Shown here: piece after piece, positions 1-12,400 of the stretch
Numbering within the stretch: position 1 is the first letter of the stretch
Layout: each line of letters begins with the position of its first letter
Assembly (NCBI GenBank): GCA_976226885.1
Contig: OZ320313.1
Location: 30,690,001 to 30,754,000 of the forward strand
DNA: 64,000 nucleotides
Reading direction: 5' to 3'
Source: Iphione sp. A-MEVVRFRX5
Lineage: Eukaryota
Position numbers and translations under genes: made by a program
Notes under the pieces: model-generated
Databases searched by the model: none
Seen by the model: only the letters and a program-made list of their open reading frames with translations
Told to the model about the DNA's origin: nothing

Positions 1-365
1 TCGGTAACAGGACGCTATGTAAAAGCTAGCTTGGTTAGATGTGACACTAAACTAGACAGCCTAAGACTTTTGGACGCAAATGCACTTAATAAGTATAAGT
101 ACTAGCATCTAATTTCAAATAGAAATGCTTCTACTGGGGGAATGTGGCAGGGAAGGAAACGGGAAAGGGGAACTGCTGGGAATATCGTGGATTGAAGAAG
201 GAGATGCAGATGTTGGGTGAGGATACACACATCAAATGACTTTTTACGTATGGGCACGTGAAAGCAAATAATTTAATGTAAAATAAGAGTCGAATCTATT
301 TGGTGCTTTTAAAAGAAAATCATAGTAGATGTGTAACTTAAGGAAACAAAACACGTCCGACATGC

Positions 366-443
366 CTGATTTCGGTTTGAATGCATCAGCCCATGCAGAC
401 GTCGACGATAACTGACTAGAACTTGTACCAAAGCCAAAGGCAT
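366..443 (-). CDS. ITSN1: Probable intersectin linker exon (DAFGFG...[11 protein letters not shown])
   Basis: ttttgttccag acceptor; 3' end assumes a GC donor CAG|gcatgt (78 nt, phase 1-1), so the end is uncertain. Confidence 0.55.
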
Positions 444-3400
444 CTGGAACAAAACCATGCATTCACATAGAATTGAAAGGGCATGCGCACAAGTCGTTAC
501 TGGCTGCGAGGTGCATGGTTAAATAAGTACATGTATGCAACAGTATGAACCGTATGAATAACAAGGTGTCTAATTTACAGAACAAGAGAGTGAATTTATT
601 CTTGCAATGGTGTTCAAGTACAGACTGAATTGCCGGGAACGTCGTGACTAGATATTAATGAGATGCATGAGTATTAAACACTTTAGATGTCATATCCAAT
701 TCTTACTTTGAATGAGATGATCTGTAAAAGCTATCGTCTAATTAACTTCGACTACCCAATATCAAAATGGTTACTACCATAGCTAGAACATGGACATGCT
801 TTCATCATTCTCTTGATGCAAGCAGTAGTGCAATGTCTTCAGCACCTTAGATCATTATGTTAATATGAAAGATCTAACGTATCAACTATACTCTCTTACC
901 AAGTAAATATCATTACTATCTAAGTCAGTATAAACTGAGTTAATGATAAATGTAACAGTAAATATTGGACATCAATCGTCAAAAATAGAGGCAATATATT
1001 AGATCGCTGAACCCTAGTATCCTGCATGAAAGAAAGGTTTATCATTATTGTAAGACTATCACAGACGCCTTCTACTGTAAAACTAATAAAGAAGTTGAAT
1101 AAATGCTGAACATCAGAACAGGTCTTTGGGCTGATAAATAATATATCTTTCATGTATGCGGTGAAAAATAAGCAGCAGAAAGTTACAAAACTAAATCTCT
1201 GCTTTCACTGTTTAAGACCAACTGGTGAAAATAAAGTAACAATTAATCGGAATCACGAAAGAATAAAGATTAATAGTAGTAACATAAATGTTTCTTAAAA
1301 TGTTCTTCAAATTCCTGAAAATCAAATTCCATGTCATATATTGAGTTGATCTATGAATATATAGCGAAAGATGAAAGAAAAAACACTCGCGAGCACTATC
1401 TGTGAACTCAGTATCAAAACGCATTCACTACAGTGTAAACTATCATCACCCAATACACATAATAATGTTCATGAATATGAGGAAGAAGGCTGTACACAAG
1501 AAAACTGCAGTGGTCGTCCAGATTGAGCAGAATACGCAGGATACATAAAAAAAAATGAATCTATAACAGAGCAACCGGTCAACTGGTTGGAAGCATCTTT
1601 CTTGTGGCCCACTTGCCCTAATGTTTTTCCAAGCCAAACCCACTCTTGCAAATTGCCAATTACAATGTACATTTGTTTCAATGATCACCGTGGAATGCAG
1701 CCGGGGAAGATGCACACAGGCAGGAAGTAGCTTATGTGGTGTGTCGAGGCCCGAGCCTTAACACCCTACGAGCCATACTGGCAGGGTTAGTTGTAACGAG
1801 CTGGGTTAATGTTTGTGCGGGAGGCACACAACCACCTACTTACCAGCACTGCTGTCAAACAAACTGGCCCAAGTGTCACTGGGGGCTGCCGGGGCAGGGG
1901 CCACACCCCCTGCGCCCGAACCCCCGGTCTGGGCTGCGGATGTACTACCAAAGCTGAAGAGGTCTACAAAACAACAGCATGCTCCACATGAAGGGGGAAC
2001 AGAGGGAAGGTCGCCCAGGGCCAAAGTGAAACCCTGCAGCCTTTCAAGTTTGGATGTTTATTCCTTTACGTTAGAACTAGTCTATCATCCTGTGACATTC
2101 TTCTTTTCTCTATCACTAAGATAATGTATCATCTCATCCTTCTTTTTATCCCTAAGTACCTTAATCCAGGAAAAAAATATTTATGAAAATAAGCTCCCTG
2201 TGTGATAATAGAATACCTCAAATGTATCGCAATCTTTTGTTCTGTTTTTAATGTATTACGATGAACGAAAACTGACAAGCATAAAATACACAGACAATGA
2301 AAAACTAAAGATAATGGAAACTATAGGGTGGTCAAAGATATGGAGTGGAGGAGATGGAATATGGGTATGGCCTGGCTATGAAGCATACATCTTTAATGGG
2401 AGAGACAGGGAAATAAGCGGGAGTTCTGCAACATAAGAAGTCCATTAGTGTTAGTACAGAACAACTCTGGGATTAAGAAGAGAAAACAACAGTACACACA
2501 CGCACACAATTTTATCATCATTAGTTTTCAATGTCTTAAACTCTCTTACATGATTTCGCTTACAGCATTATTAATCCAACACTTCGCACAAGAGTGAAAC
2601 GAAATTAAATCAACAGTGTAATGAAAGAAAGGAGAACCAGTGTTGGAAATAAGTCTTAATCATGTTGGCCCTGTACAGGAGAGACAGAACAAAAGAGGGT
2701 GTATGAACCAAACAAACTAGTCCTAATTCGTTATCGTGCCAAACCTTAGAAAGCAAAACCCACTTAAATGGTCAGACATGTAAGAAACGTCTTTAAAAAT
2801 CCAACAAATCCAGGAAACAGACGCTTAGAGAATTCCCTGCAAAGATGAGAGGTGCCAGGAGAGCTAATCTTGGGAGGAGGTGAAGGCTCGACGCGAGCGT
2901 TCTGTGGCGATACGGGGTAGGGCTGGTTGGGCAAGAGACCGATGTGACATAGGCTTGGATGGGGGAGCGGATTTGGGGTGTTGATGGGGTGGGTTATTAA
3001 GGTGTAAGGAGGAGAGGGCACGGGGAGTCATCTAGCGGGAGGCGGGGAGTACCTTGCGTCAAGGTTGCGTCACTGTCCACGGTCGATGATGCCGAGACAT
3101 GGCCACTGTCTGGCTGAGCAGCGGCCGCCTCAGCCCACAGGCCAGCCAGCTCCTTTTCGCTGGATGTGCTCCGGTCTACTGGGTCGGGCCGGCTCACCGA
3201 CAGCGCCTCCCCAGGCCACGGGGGCGAACCGGCACCGCCCGCATCATCTACACCAAAAGGTCACAAGGTCACACACAAGGTCAAATAAAGGTTCACACGC
3301 CGATGGATATTTACTTGGTTCCTCAAGCGCTGACCACCACTTAGCAATGGTGGCTTAAAGTCAGCGATGAAATGTTTGAGGTTGAAAGAGACTATGCATG

Positions 3401-6400
3401 CGACTTGAAGAAGGAAAAGATATTGTGTTTTCTAAGAACTGTACTGGTTTTATTGAAAGTACTGTAGACGTTCAAAACTTAATCTACTCTCCATGAGTTA
3501 ATCTGTATACATTGTACTTGGATTCAAACTGCCTTGAAATACAGTTTTATGGCAATGAAATATGTATTGTATTTGAGGACAACTTGTAAATGACAGCAAT
3601 TTGTTTCACAAAGTACTGGACGAACTGAAGCGACTCGCCAATAAACAACGGCTATACGACAGGGGCACCGCACATGCGTCCTGGAACAGACCACACAACG
3701 GCGAGTGCTGGACTGTGAGGAGGGAGGGTCAATGGTGTAGCGATGATGGGACTTTTTTTTTGGGGGGGGGGGAGGAGGGGGCAGCCGGAGGTGTGCCAAC
3801 AAGCATGCACATCACAATGGTGTACAGCAGGCTCGCAGGTCAGGCTTCCGTGGAAAAGCTTTCAATACCAGCTTAAATCTGAACTCTCTGACAGAATGAG
3901 TGCAGCAGCAGCAGCAGCGGCGGTGACGGCAGCGGGGACCTGGTTTGGCGTATGGGGTCGGTGTCCCATGTGTGTGGACGATGTGTTTAAAAAAGGCAAC
4001 CCAAGAAAAGAAACTACAATCAAGATATACCGAGTGCTACTCTGTCCTGGACATGTAAATACGACTGTGAAGTGACAACTCCTGTGGTGTAAGGAAAATG
4101 GACTGGGCGCTACTCTGCAATCCAGAACAGTGAGTTATGTTCTGCACCGTACAAAAATTAGTGGGTTACACGAACTTACAGTGAAGTGTGACCTTGACTT
4201 TGTACCAGTATTAGGACACAGGTGTCTAACTGAGATACAGCCCAGTGGCGCCACCACAGTCAGCCATCTTGGTTGTTGTCACTATTCAAAGAAGTCAGGA
4301 ACCCCGCAGCAATAGGATGAGAATGAAGCCTATGAGGATGAAGGAAACTAAAAGCCCACATGGGAGGGGAGAGGTGGGCAGTTAGACACCTGTGTCCTAA
4401 TACTGGTACAAAGTCAAGGTCACACTTCACTGTAAGTTCGTGTAACCCACTAACTTTAGTACTAGCATAGGACACTAGGTGTCTCCCTGAGACTTCAAAG
4501 CCCGAAGCCTCAGAGGACGAGTGAACAGACTATTGCTGTCCACCATCCCGAATAACCTTCAAATAAACCAACTTGAAGGTATTGGCATGCGACCACATGC
4601 CCCTCTTCATAATTTCAGACAAAGGCATTCCCATCTTAGCCAGCTTCGAAGACGAAGCTGATCTAGTAGAATGTGCGGAGAACACATGCGTGTCCACACC
4701 TGACAACGCCATGACCTCTTTCGTCCACCTGGCCAAAGTGGCTGTGGACACAGACTCACGGCAACTAGTGAAGGAGATGAAAAGAGCATCATCTCCCTGA
4801 TCATTTCGCAAAGTATCTGTTCTTGAGATGTACTCTTTTAGGCACCTCACCACGCAACTTTAGGTTGCGCTGCAAACGGCATCAGCTTTAACTTTGAGGC
4901 ACACCTGCCCTTCCTGGATTGCTTCAGAGTTTTAGTGAAAACAATTTGCAAAGAACCATCTCCGATATCATATATGTTCAAAAGTTGAATGTTGCAAATT
5001 GTCTGCATCCTACCGCTGGTAGCCAGAAGAAGCAACATGTTGCACTTGAGCATCAACTTCTTCAAAGACAAAGAAGACAGAGGTTCCCACAGTTTGAGGA
5101 AGTCAAGCACCTTAGACACGTCCCAAGTATAATCTACGCGGGCAACCGGAGGTCTTACAATGAAAAAACCAGTAAGAACCCTCACAACGTCAGGATGCTT
5201 CCCAAACGCAACCCCATCAAACGTGGGAAAAATAACAGACAGAGCACTTCTAGCTGTGTTCAAGGCACTGTACCTGATACCCCTGTCGAACATTGTCATA
5301 AGAAAATGGATACCCTGCTTAAGGGTAGGATGCAAAGGATCCCAAATCTTCTGGAGACACAAAGTATTCCACCTTTTAAGGTAAGTGTCATAAAGCAACC
5401 GGGTCTTAGGCCTCCAGGAACACAGCATCATAACCCTAGAAGTCAAATCTTTACGCTCTATTACTGCGTTCAACAAAGAAGGGCCATAACTTTGAAAGTC
5501 CCCAGACTGGCCGACCCAGACGATCCAGGGTGTTGAACCTGGATTTGCGAACTGGAGGGGCGGAGCACGAGCTAACTGGAGCACCCTGCTGAACCAAGCC
5601 CGGTGAGGCCAGGCTGGCACCAGCAAAAGGTAAGGCATTTGAAAGTTTGACCAGTCTCGGGAAAACGCATCCACAAACAGTGCTCCTGGGTCCGGGTGTC
5701 AACAAGCATACAACGGAACTTTGTTGTTTAAACGAGACGCAAACAAATCAATGTCTGGGGTCCCCCAAGACTGCACTACCATCTGAAAAATGGAAGGACT
5801 AACAGCCCACTCCAAATTATCACGAAAATGACGAGAGGCAAAATCGGCCTCCACATTCTTGACACCCAGGATATGGAAAGCAGAGGCAAACCCTAACCTT
5901 TCCTCCAAAAAATCCCAGATTTTGTGGGCATACACATTAGTCAAGGGACACCTAGCCCCACCCATCCTAATCACATAACAGATGGCAGTGGTGTTGTCAC
6001 ACATCAGCTTGACATGGAACCCAGCATGACTAGCAAACAAACTTCTTAACGCTATCCTGCCTGGATCAGGGCAGACATCTTACAAGCCTCCAGGGCCCTG
6101 AATTGACTTTTACCGTAAACCGCAGCCCGAGTAAGATCCACAATCTTACCCAAAACAGAGGACACATTCCTAATCCCGAGAATATCCTGGGATAACACAG
6201 ACTCGATATGATCCAAAACTTTTGTCACCCTCGACTCAGTAGGCCTAACCACCATGTTAACCGAGTCGATGGTAAAGCCCAAGAACACAACGGACTGGGC
6301 AGGCTCCAAGGAAGACTTTTCAAAGTTAATGAAAAACCCAATAGACTGTAACAAAGCTACCGTCTTTGACACAAACAAGGAGCACTCCTCAGCACTCCTA

Positions 6401-9400
6401 CCAATGATAATAATGTCATCAATGTAAGACGCTAGCACTACCCCCTCCTCCCTAAGATGAGCTAAAGGAGGAGCCATGATCTTTGTAAAAATCCTAGGGG
6501 CAGATGACAGTCCAAAGGGCAACACATCATATTGAAAAACAGTGCCCTGCCAAGAGAAAGCCAAATATTTCCTGTAAGGAGCCCAGATTGGCATTGTATG
6601 ATATGCATTTTTCAAGTCCACCGACGCCATAAAACAGCCTACAGACGCTAAAGGCAACACCGTCTCCAAGGTCTCCATCTTGAAATGTTTATACTCGATG
6701 ACCTTATTGAGTTTGGATAAATCCAATATCATTCTGAAGGAGCCATTTGGCTTAGGCCTCAGAAAAATATTGGACAAATAGGCGTCAACTGGAACCTGAT
6801 GCAAAACGGAGATTGAACCTACCCGCAAAAGGTTGGACAACACCTCCTGCACAAACCTGGACTCAGCCTCCCCAAAAGGAATAGGCCTAGGCCTCCTCTC
6901 CTGGAAGGGCACTGCCAACAAGTCTAACTTGTAGCCTGCCACCGCCTGTAAAACCTCTTGGTCAGAGGTCAATGCTGCCCACACCGGAACGAAGGCCGGC
7001 TGTGACTGGGCTTTTGGCTGTGGCTGTTGTTGGGGTTGCTGTGGCTGCTGGAATGGCTGGGCCGCCACCCCCTGCTGTCGAAAGAACTGGTTCTGCCTGG
7101 CCACACTGTAGTTGCGGCCACGTCCACGGGAACCACCCCGACTCCTGCCCCTGCTCCGCCCCTTCCGAGAGTTTTTTGGTCTTCCCGACGAAGCAGCGGC
7201 AGAAGCCGGCTTCCTCTCAAACTGCGCTAAAAGCGCAGAATGCTCTTTTACGACCTTGATCTTTCCAAGAAGGTCATCACCAAACAAAAACCGCGGCGAT
7301 GGCGGACAGTCCTCTGACACCAGTCTCTTAAAAGAGGCAGGCAAAGATGGTTTTTCACCTGCTCCCTTCGATGTTTTATAAGGGACTGGTGGGCAGACCC
7401 CAGCTGCACCAGGGCGTCTACCAAAGCATCCTGGGCGGACTTGGCCCAGGTATGCTGCTCCGCCATGGGGGCAATTTGCTCGAGCGCCCCAATCATGCCC
7501 ATGACGTCGCCACCAACGCGCTGCAGCGTGCGCTCGGTTGACTGGTGGTCCTTCTCACGGAGGCTGGAGTATAGAATATCATTAAGCCGGCACACCTGCA
7601 GGCGGTCGGCCCCCTCCGGCATCAGGTACCTTTTGCGTACCTCCGAGAGGTAGTCCGGCCTGATGGGGTCCACCAACTTCACCGAACAGTCGTAAACCGC
7701 CGGGTGAAGTGGTGGCCCCAACTCAGGCCGCGCACTCATCTCCTCCGTACGAGTACGGAGCGAAGCGGACCCGTCGTCCAGCTCAAGCTCCTCCTCATCA
7801 TCCTCCTCGTCCGACTCCTCCTGACCAGAGACAGGACGCTGTTGCTGCAGCCACTGCTGCTGCTGCTGCTCTCTCTGCTGCTGCAGCTGCTGTTCATGCT
7901 GCCGCTGCAGCTGGTCATCGTGCCGCTGCTGCTGCTCGTGCCAGTACTGCTGCTGTTGCTGCAGCACAGAACTTAACAGCTGAGCCGTGTGCTCCTGCTG
8001 CTGCCTCTGTTGAGACTGGAGCACTGACTGCAGGTGCGCCTGCGACAACGCCTGTAGCTGGGCCATCATGGCCCAAGGGTCAGCCGCAGGGACCTGCGGG
8101 GCCGACACAACCGGTGCTGTTGAAATAACAGCGGGTTGGATCGGAGGCACAGCCGGCACTGCTGGCGGAACAGTAGGAGCAGCATCCTGCTGCCTAACTA
8201 CTGTCGCCGGGAGAGCGGAGGATGTGAGAACCACTTTTGGGGCCGGCACCGACCCCATCGAACCCGTAAAGGTTTGATACACAGTGGCCTGGGGTGGCAG
8301 TTGCCGTGCCCGCCCACACAGCGCCCCCACGGAAACACGCAAACGCGTTTCGCCTGCAGAGTCGCTATCCGAAAGCACATGCACGCTACGGACGGGCGTA
8401 AGGCACGGCGGCGTAGGTGAGGATGTAACCGTCACCACGCCCCCTACCCCGCTAGGGGTTGAGGCCCCCTGGACTTGTCTAGGCAAGCCCAGCCCCCAAG
8501 CGGAAACATACTGACTCAAATCAGTTCGGGGGTTATGCTGCGTTGCAGATGACAATACTCTAGTTGAAGAAAGCCACTCCTCCAATAGACAAAGTCAAGG
8601 GATGGCCTAGGGCCACCAACGCTGCATCGGCAGTGGAGGTCGACAACAAGGCCGCCTCGACCTGGCGAGCGCGTTTGTGAATTGTCATCCACGACGACCC
8701 CAGTGCGGACGGCTGCGCCGGTGGTCGACAGCGTCAATCCCGCACCGTGGGAGGGCGTTTCGCGCAGCGTACCGTTGCATTCGCGAACGCCCCCGGCGCC
8801 GGCGGTCGACAGCATCAAGCCAGCACCGTGGGAGGGCGTTTCGCGGAGCGTACCGGCGCATTCGCGAACGCCCCCCCCCGGCGCCGGCGGTCGACCGCGT
8901 CAATCCCGCAGCGTGGGAGGGCGTTTCGCCCAGCGCACCGGCGCATTCGCGAACGCCCGGGGCACCGGCGGTCGAGAGAATCAACCCCGCGCCGTGGGAG
9001 GGCGTTTCGCGCAGCGTACCGTTGCATTCGCGAACGCCCCCCGGCGCCGGCGGTCCACATAGTCAAGCCAGCACCGTGGTAGGGCGTTTCACAGAGCGTA
9101 CCGGCGCATTCGCCAACGTGCTGGGCGCCGGTGGTCGACAGAGTCGACCCCGCCCCGTGGGAGGGCGTTTCATGCTGCGCACCGGCGCATTCGCTAACGC
9201 GCTGGGCGCCGGTGGTCGACAGAGTCAACCCCGCCCCGTGGGAGGGCGCTTCGCGCTGCGCACCGGCGCATTTGCTAACGCGCTGGGCGCCGGCGGTCGA
9301 CAGACCCAAGCCAGCACCGTGGGAGGGCGTTTCGCCCAGCGCGATAACCCCCAAGGCGCCCGTGGTCGACAGGGTCGAACCAGGACCGTAGGAGGGGGTT

Positions 9401-12400
9401 GTTTCGCCCAGCGCGCCGGTGGCTAGCGCGCCTGTAGCGCCCAGCGCGCCGGTGCCTAGCGCGCCTGTAGTGGCAGACCCTACTGGGTCACCATTGGCAG
9501 CTACAGAAACAGGTATCATGGGAACCACAGACCCAGCACTGAGGAAGCTTTCTACCCCCCCCTGTACTGGTCTGTTTAGTCCTTTTAGCAGATCTCCCAG
9601 AGGAGGATCTTTTGCCTCTCTTTTGCTGCTGCCTGGGCTGCTCCACTGGCATGCCCATGATAGAGGAGGCCAAGTCCATGATACCACAATCACAAAACAC
9701 AAAACACAAAATCAACAAAGTAAAGCTTAAAAAATACTCCCTTTGGTGATCCTGAAAGAAATAGCAGAAAGAAAGAACAGTGACAGTACAGAACAGTAAG
9801 AATCCTAAGACAGGTCTGAACTGGGTGACTGCTAGACTAAAAGTGACAACAACCAAGATGGCTGACTGTGGTGGCGCCACTGGGCTGTATCTCAGGGAGA
9901 CACCTAGTGTCCTATGCTGGTACTAAAGTTGGGCGCATTAAAATAACCTGAGTGTTAAATAATCGACAAATACAAATTATATGATTACTACTGAAAAACG
10001 CTCCGCTTCTTCATCATCCTGGGGAGATAAGATGGACACGTTTAGTGGTTAATACTGGGGTATATGCAGCTAACCTCGAGTCATATTTGTCAAGCACACT
10101 GGTCCTGGTATCTGGATACTAGTCTCAAATTATTCCAGCACTTACCTCCGAAGGGGTCTGGTACAGAGCTAACAGCCTTAGAACCCTGATTTTCCTGGGC
10201 GTCCTTATCTTTGCTTCCACTAGGTGGCGCGCTGCTCTCCTCCCACAGCGTAGGTGTGTTAGTTGTGCTGCCCCCAGCAGTCCAGTCCACCAGTGGGCTA
10301 GCTCTGTCGACCCTGCCAAGCCAATCTTGCACCCTGCCTCCACCAGCACCACCACTGGAGGTGGTACCGCTGTCATTTCCTCCAGCTGCAGCAGCATTGG
10401 CTGCACCTAAGCTGCTCCAGTCCACTGAGCTATTCTTGGATAATGCTCCAGTGCCCCAGTCGAGCGAGCCAAGTGAGCTAGTACTAGCGTTAGACTGCAG
10501 CGTGGCTGCGGTGCTCCAGTCATCCTTGACAGATCCTTTGCTGCTAGCGGTGGTGGAGGTGAAGGAGGGCACAGTCAGCCCAGCAGAGCCTGCATCCCAC
10601 CAGCCGTCGCCTGACCCGCCTGGCAAGGTGGAAACACTGAGGTGTTAGCCACAGCACTCTTCTACCTACCAACGTTTTCACCTGAGCTGTACCAAGCTGA
10701 CGGACCGAAGGCCCACTCTGACACCATCAACAACACATCACCACTGGATCCACTTAACAACACAGAGCTAGGTTCAAGGTTCGAGCGGCTCATCTCAAAC
10801 AGGATTGCTCTTAGAGCAAGACTTCTTAAGAAAGTGAATTCTACGGCCAGGCGCAGGTGAAGGTGTGAGTGGACTTCGTTGCCAGTTTTATGTCTTATGA
10901 TTAAACCCTGGCCTTCAAGCGGCAAGCAACCGGTCCTTATTACTCAGCGTGACAGTTTGACCTGACTGGTTTATTGCAAATATGGCCTGGATTATGTGCA
11001 CCTTTAGTATAGACGGCAGCAACTGGGCAGCTATAGCGTTTTCACATACAACGTAATAGGGAGGCTACGGGGCTAAGAAAAACATACTTAGGGGAAGTCT
11101 TCTTGACATGTAGCTGAATCAACTGCCACCTAATGATCAGTGGGAGATATTTTTCGCATTTTTTTCTAGTCTCGTCAGAGTACTTTGTGAACGGCTATAA
11201 CTGCCCAATTTAATTTGTGGTAAAAGTGGTACAATAAGAGACAAATCTAAGCAATACTGAATGAATTTAAAATTCAAAGGATCTAAACTTCAAACGTGGA
11301 AGCGAGAAACAAAACAGGTTTCAATTTCATCATAATCATACAAACATATACACAAACGAGATGTCAAAACCACATGGTCTGTAAAGAAGCGATCAATGAC
11401 GAGCACTTGTGAGTTAAACTAACTGTCATCTGTATGTAATGCATACAGAGTGGCTAGGATAGGGTAGCTTGTGGCTTTTGGCCTTGTAAGGATATCGCCT
11501 CGGCAGCGAGTCACATGTTGGTCACTTTAACAGACGCTAACACAGAAGTTTAGCAATTCAAGAGGATCATTATCTACCTTCATAAATACTTATTGATATT
11601 TCTGGTACGAAGTGATGCGTGCTGTTTTTGTTACTCGTATCCATAGAGGAATCCGAAACAAGCTTAGTCAATTCCTGCACGTATCCAGACAGGTACATGC
11701 ATGTGAAATCAACAATTACCAGAATAGCAAAGAAATATAAATTTGGCTAAAATGTCATGTCAGGCTGAATGGAAAATTTACACATGCCTTATTACATCTG
11801 TGAAAGTGGCCTTGATCGTATAAACCGGATGGGAGGTACGGTGGTAAGAGCAAGCTGGCTGAGTGCGGGTTCCCTAAACCGAATGGTGTGGATACGACAC
11901 CTAGGAAAGGCGCTCTAGGTAGCGAAGTGAGGGGCATCGACCATGTTCTTTGGTGCTGAAGTATTCAAACAACTGTTTCCTCGGAAAGTTCTGTCTTATC
12001 ATATCGACGTATTTTAAACCGGTCAGATCTATTCCTCAAAGAGTCAACAAACCACATGTAATTGCGACGTTCATCTGACCATAAAAAGGATCTTCATCAG
12101 ATGGGTTACTTTGTGATAAACTGAGGAAACGAAATGAACATTCCAATCGTCACCAGAGAACGTGCCGAAATATCTTGTGAGCTGGAGGGTACAGAATAAG
12201 TGCAGAAAAAGGAACAATGATCAACAGAGAATGTCAAGACGGGCACACACTGAAATAAAACTTACGGAAAATAAATTCATAGGCCTGGATACCCACTCTG
12301 ACAAGCAAAGAAGACTTCCTAGAATACTTGTGTGTTACCACTTTTAGCTTAAATACCATTATTGTTAAATGGGTGTACTGAAGTCTATAACCATGGTAGT

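Larger units (their letters stand above)
4159..9929 (-). mobile_element. DIRS1-like tyrosine-recombinase retrotransposon, near full length, decayed ORFs
   Basis: gag-like, RT ([13 protein letters not shown]), RNase H ([14 protein letters not shown]), MT-like (PDIDLFAS) and YR ORFs. ITRs 9842-9895/4230-4283 are perfect. ICR 4379-4492 is complementary to both termini. No TSD. Confidence 0.93.

Noticed and set aside
2764-2905. Possible alternative terminal exon ([11 protein letters not shown]...*) reached from donor 3197
   Set aside because: Phase-compatible but no independent support; left uncalled
8723-9420. Regular repeat array resembling CRISPR
   Set aside because: Units are contiguous with no unique spacers, there are no cas genes, and the context is a eukaryotic retroelement
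7709-9426. Long plus-strand ORFs (7709..8128, 8677..9426, 8682..9062 etc.)
   Set aside because: Antisense shadows of GC-rich gag and repeat sequence
10620-10636. Upstream acceptor ctcag at 10637
   Set aside because: Gives phase 2; the acceptor at 10620 has a better pyrimidine tract and the required phase 1
10211-10648. Plus-strand 145-aa ORF
   Set aside because: Antisense to the intersectin exon 10146-10619
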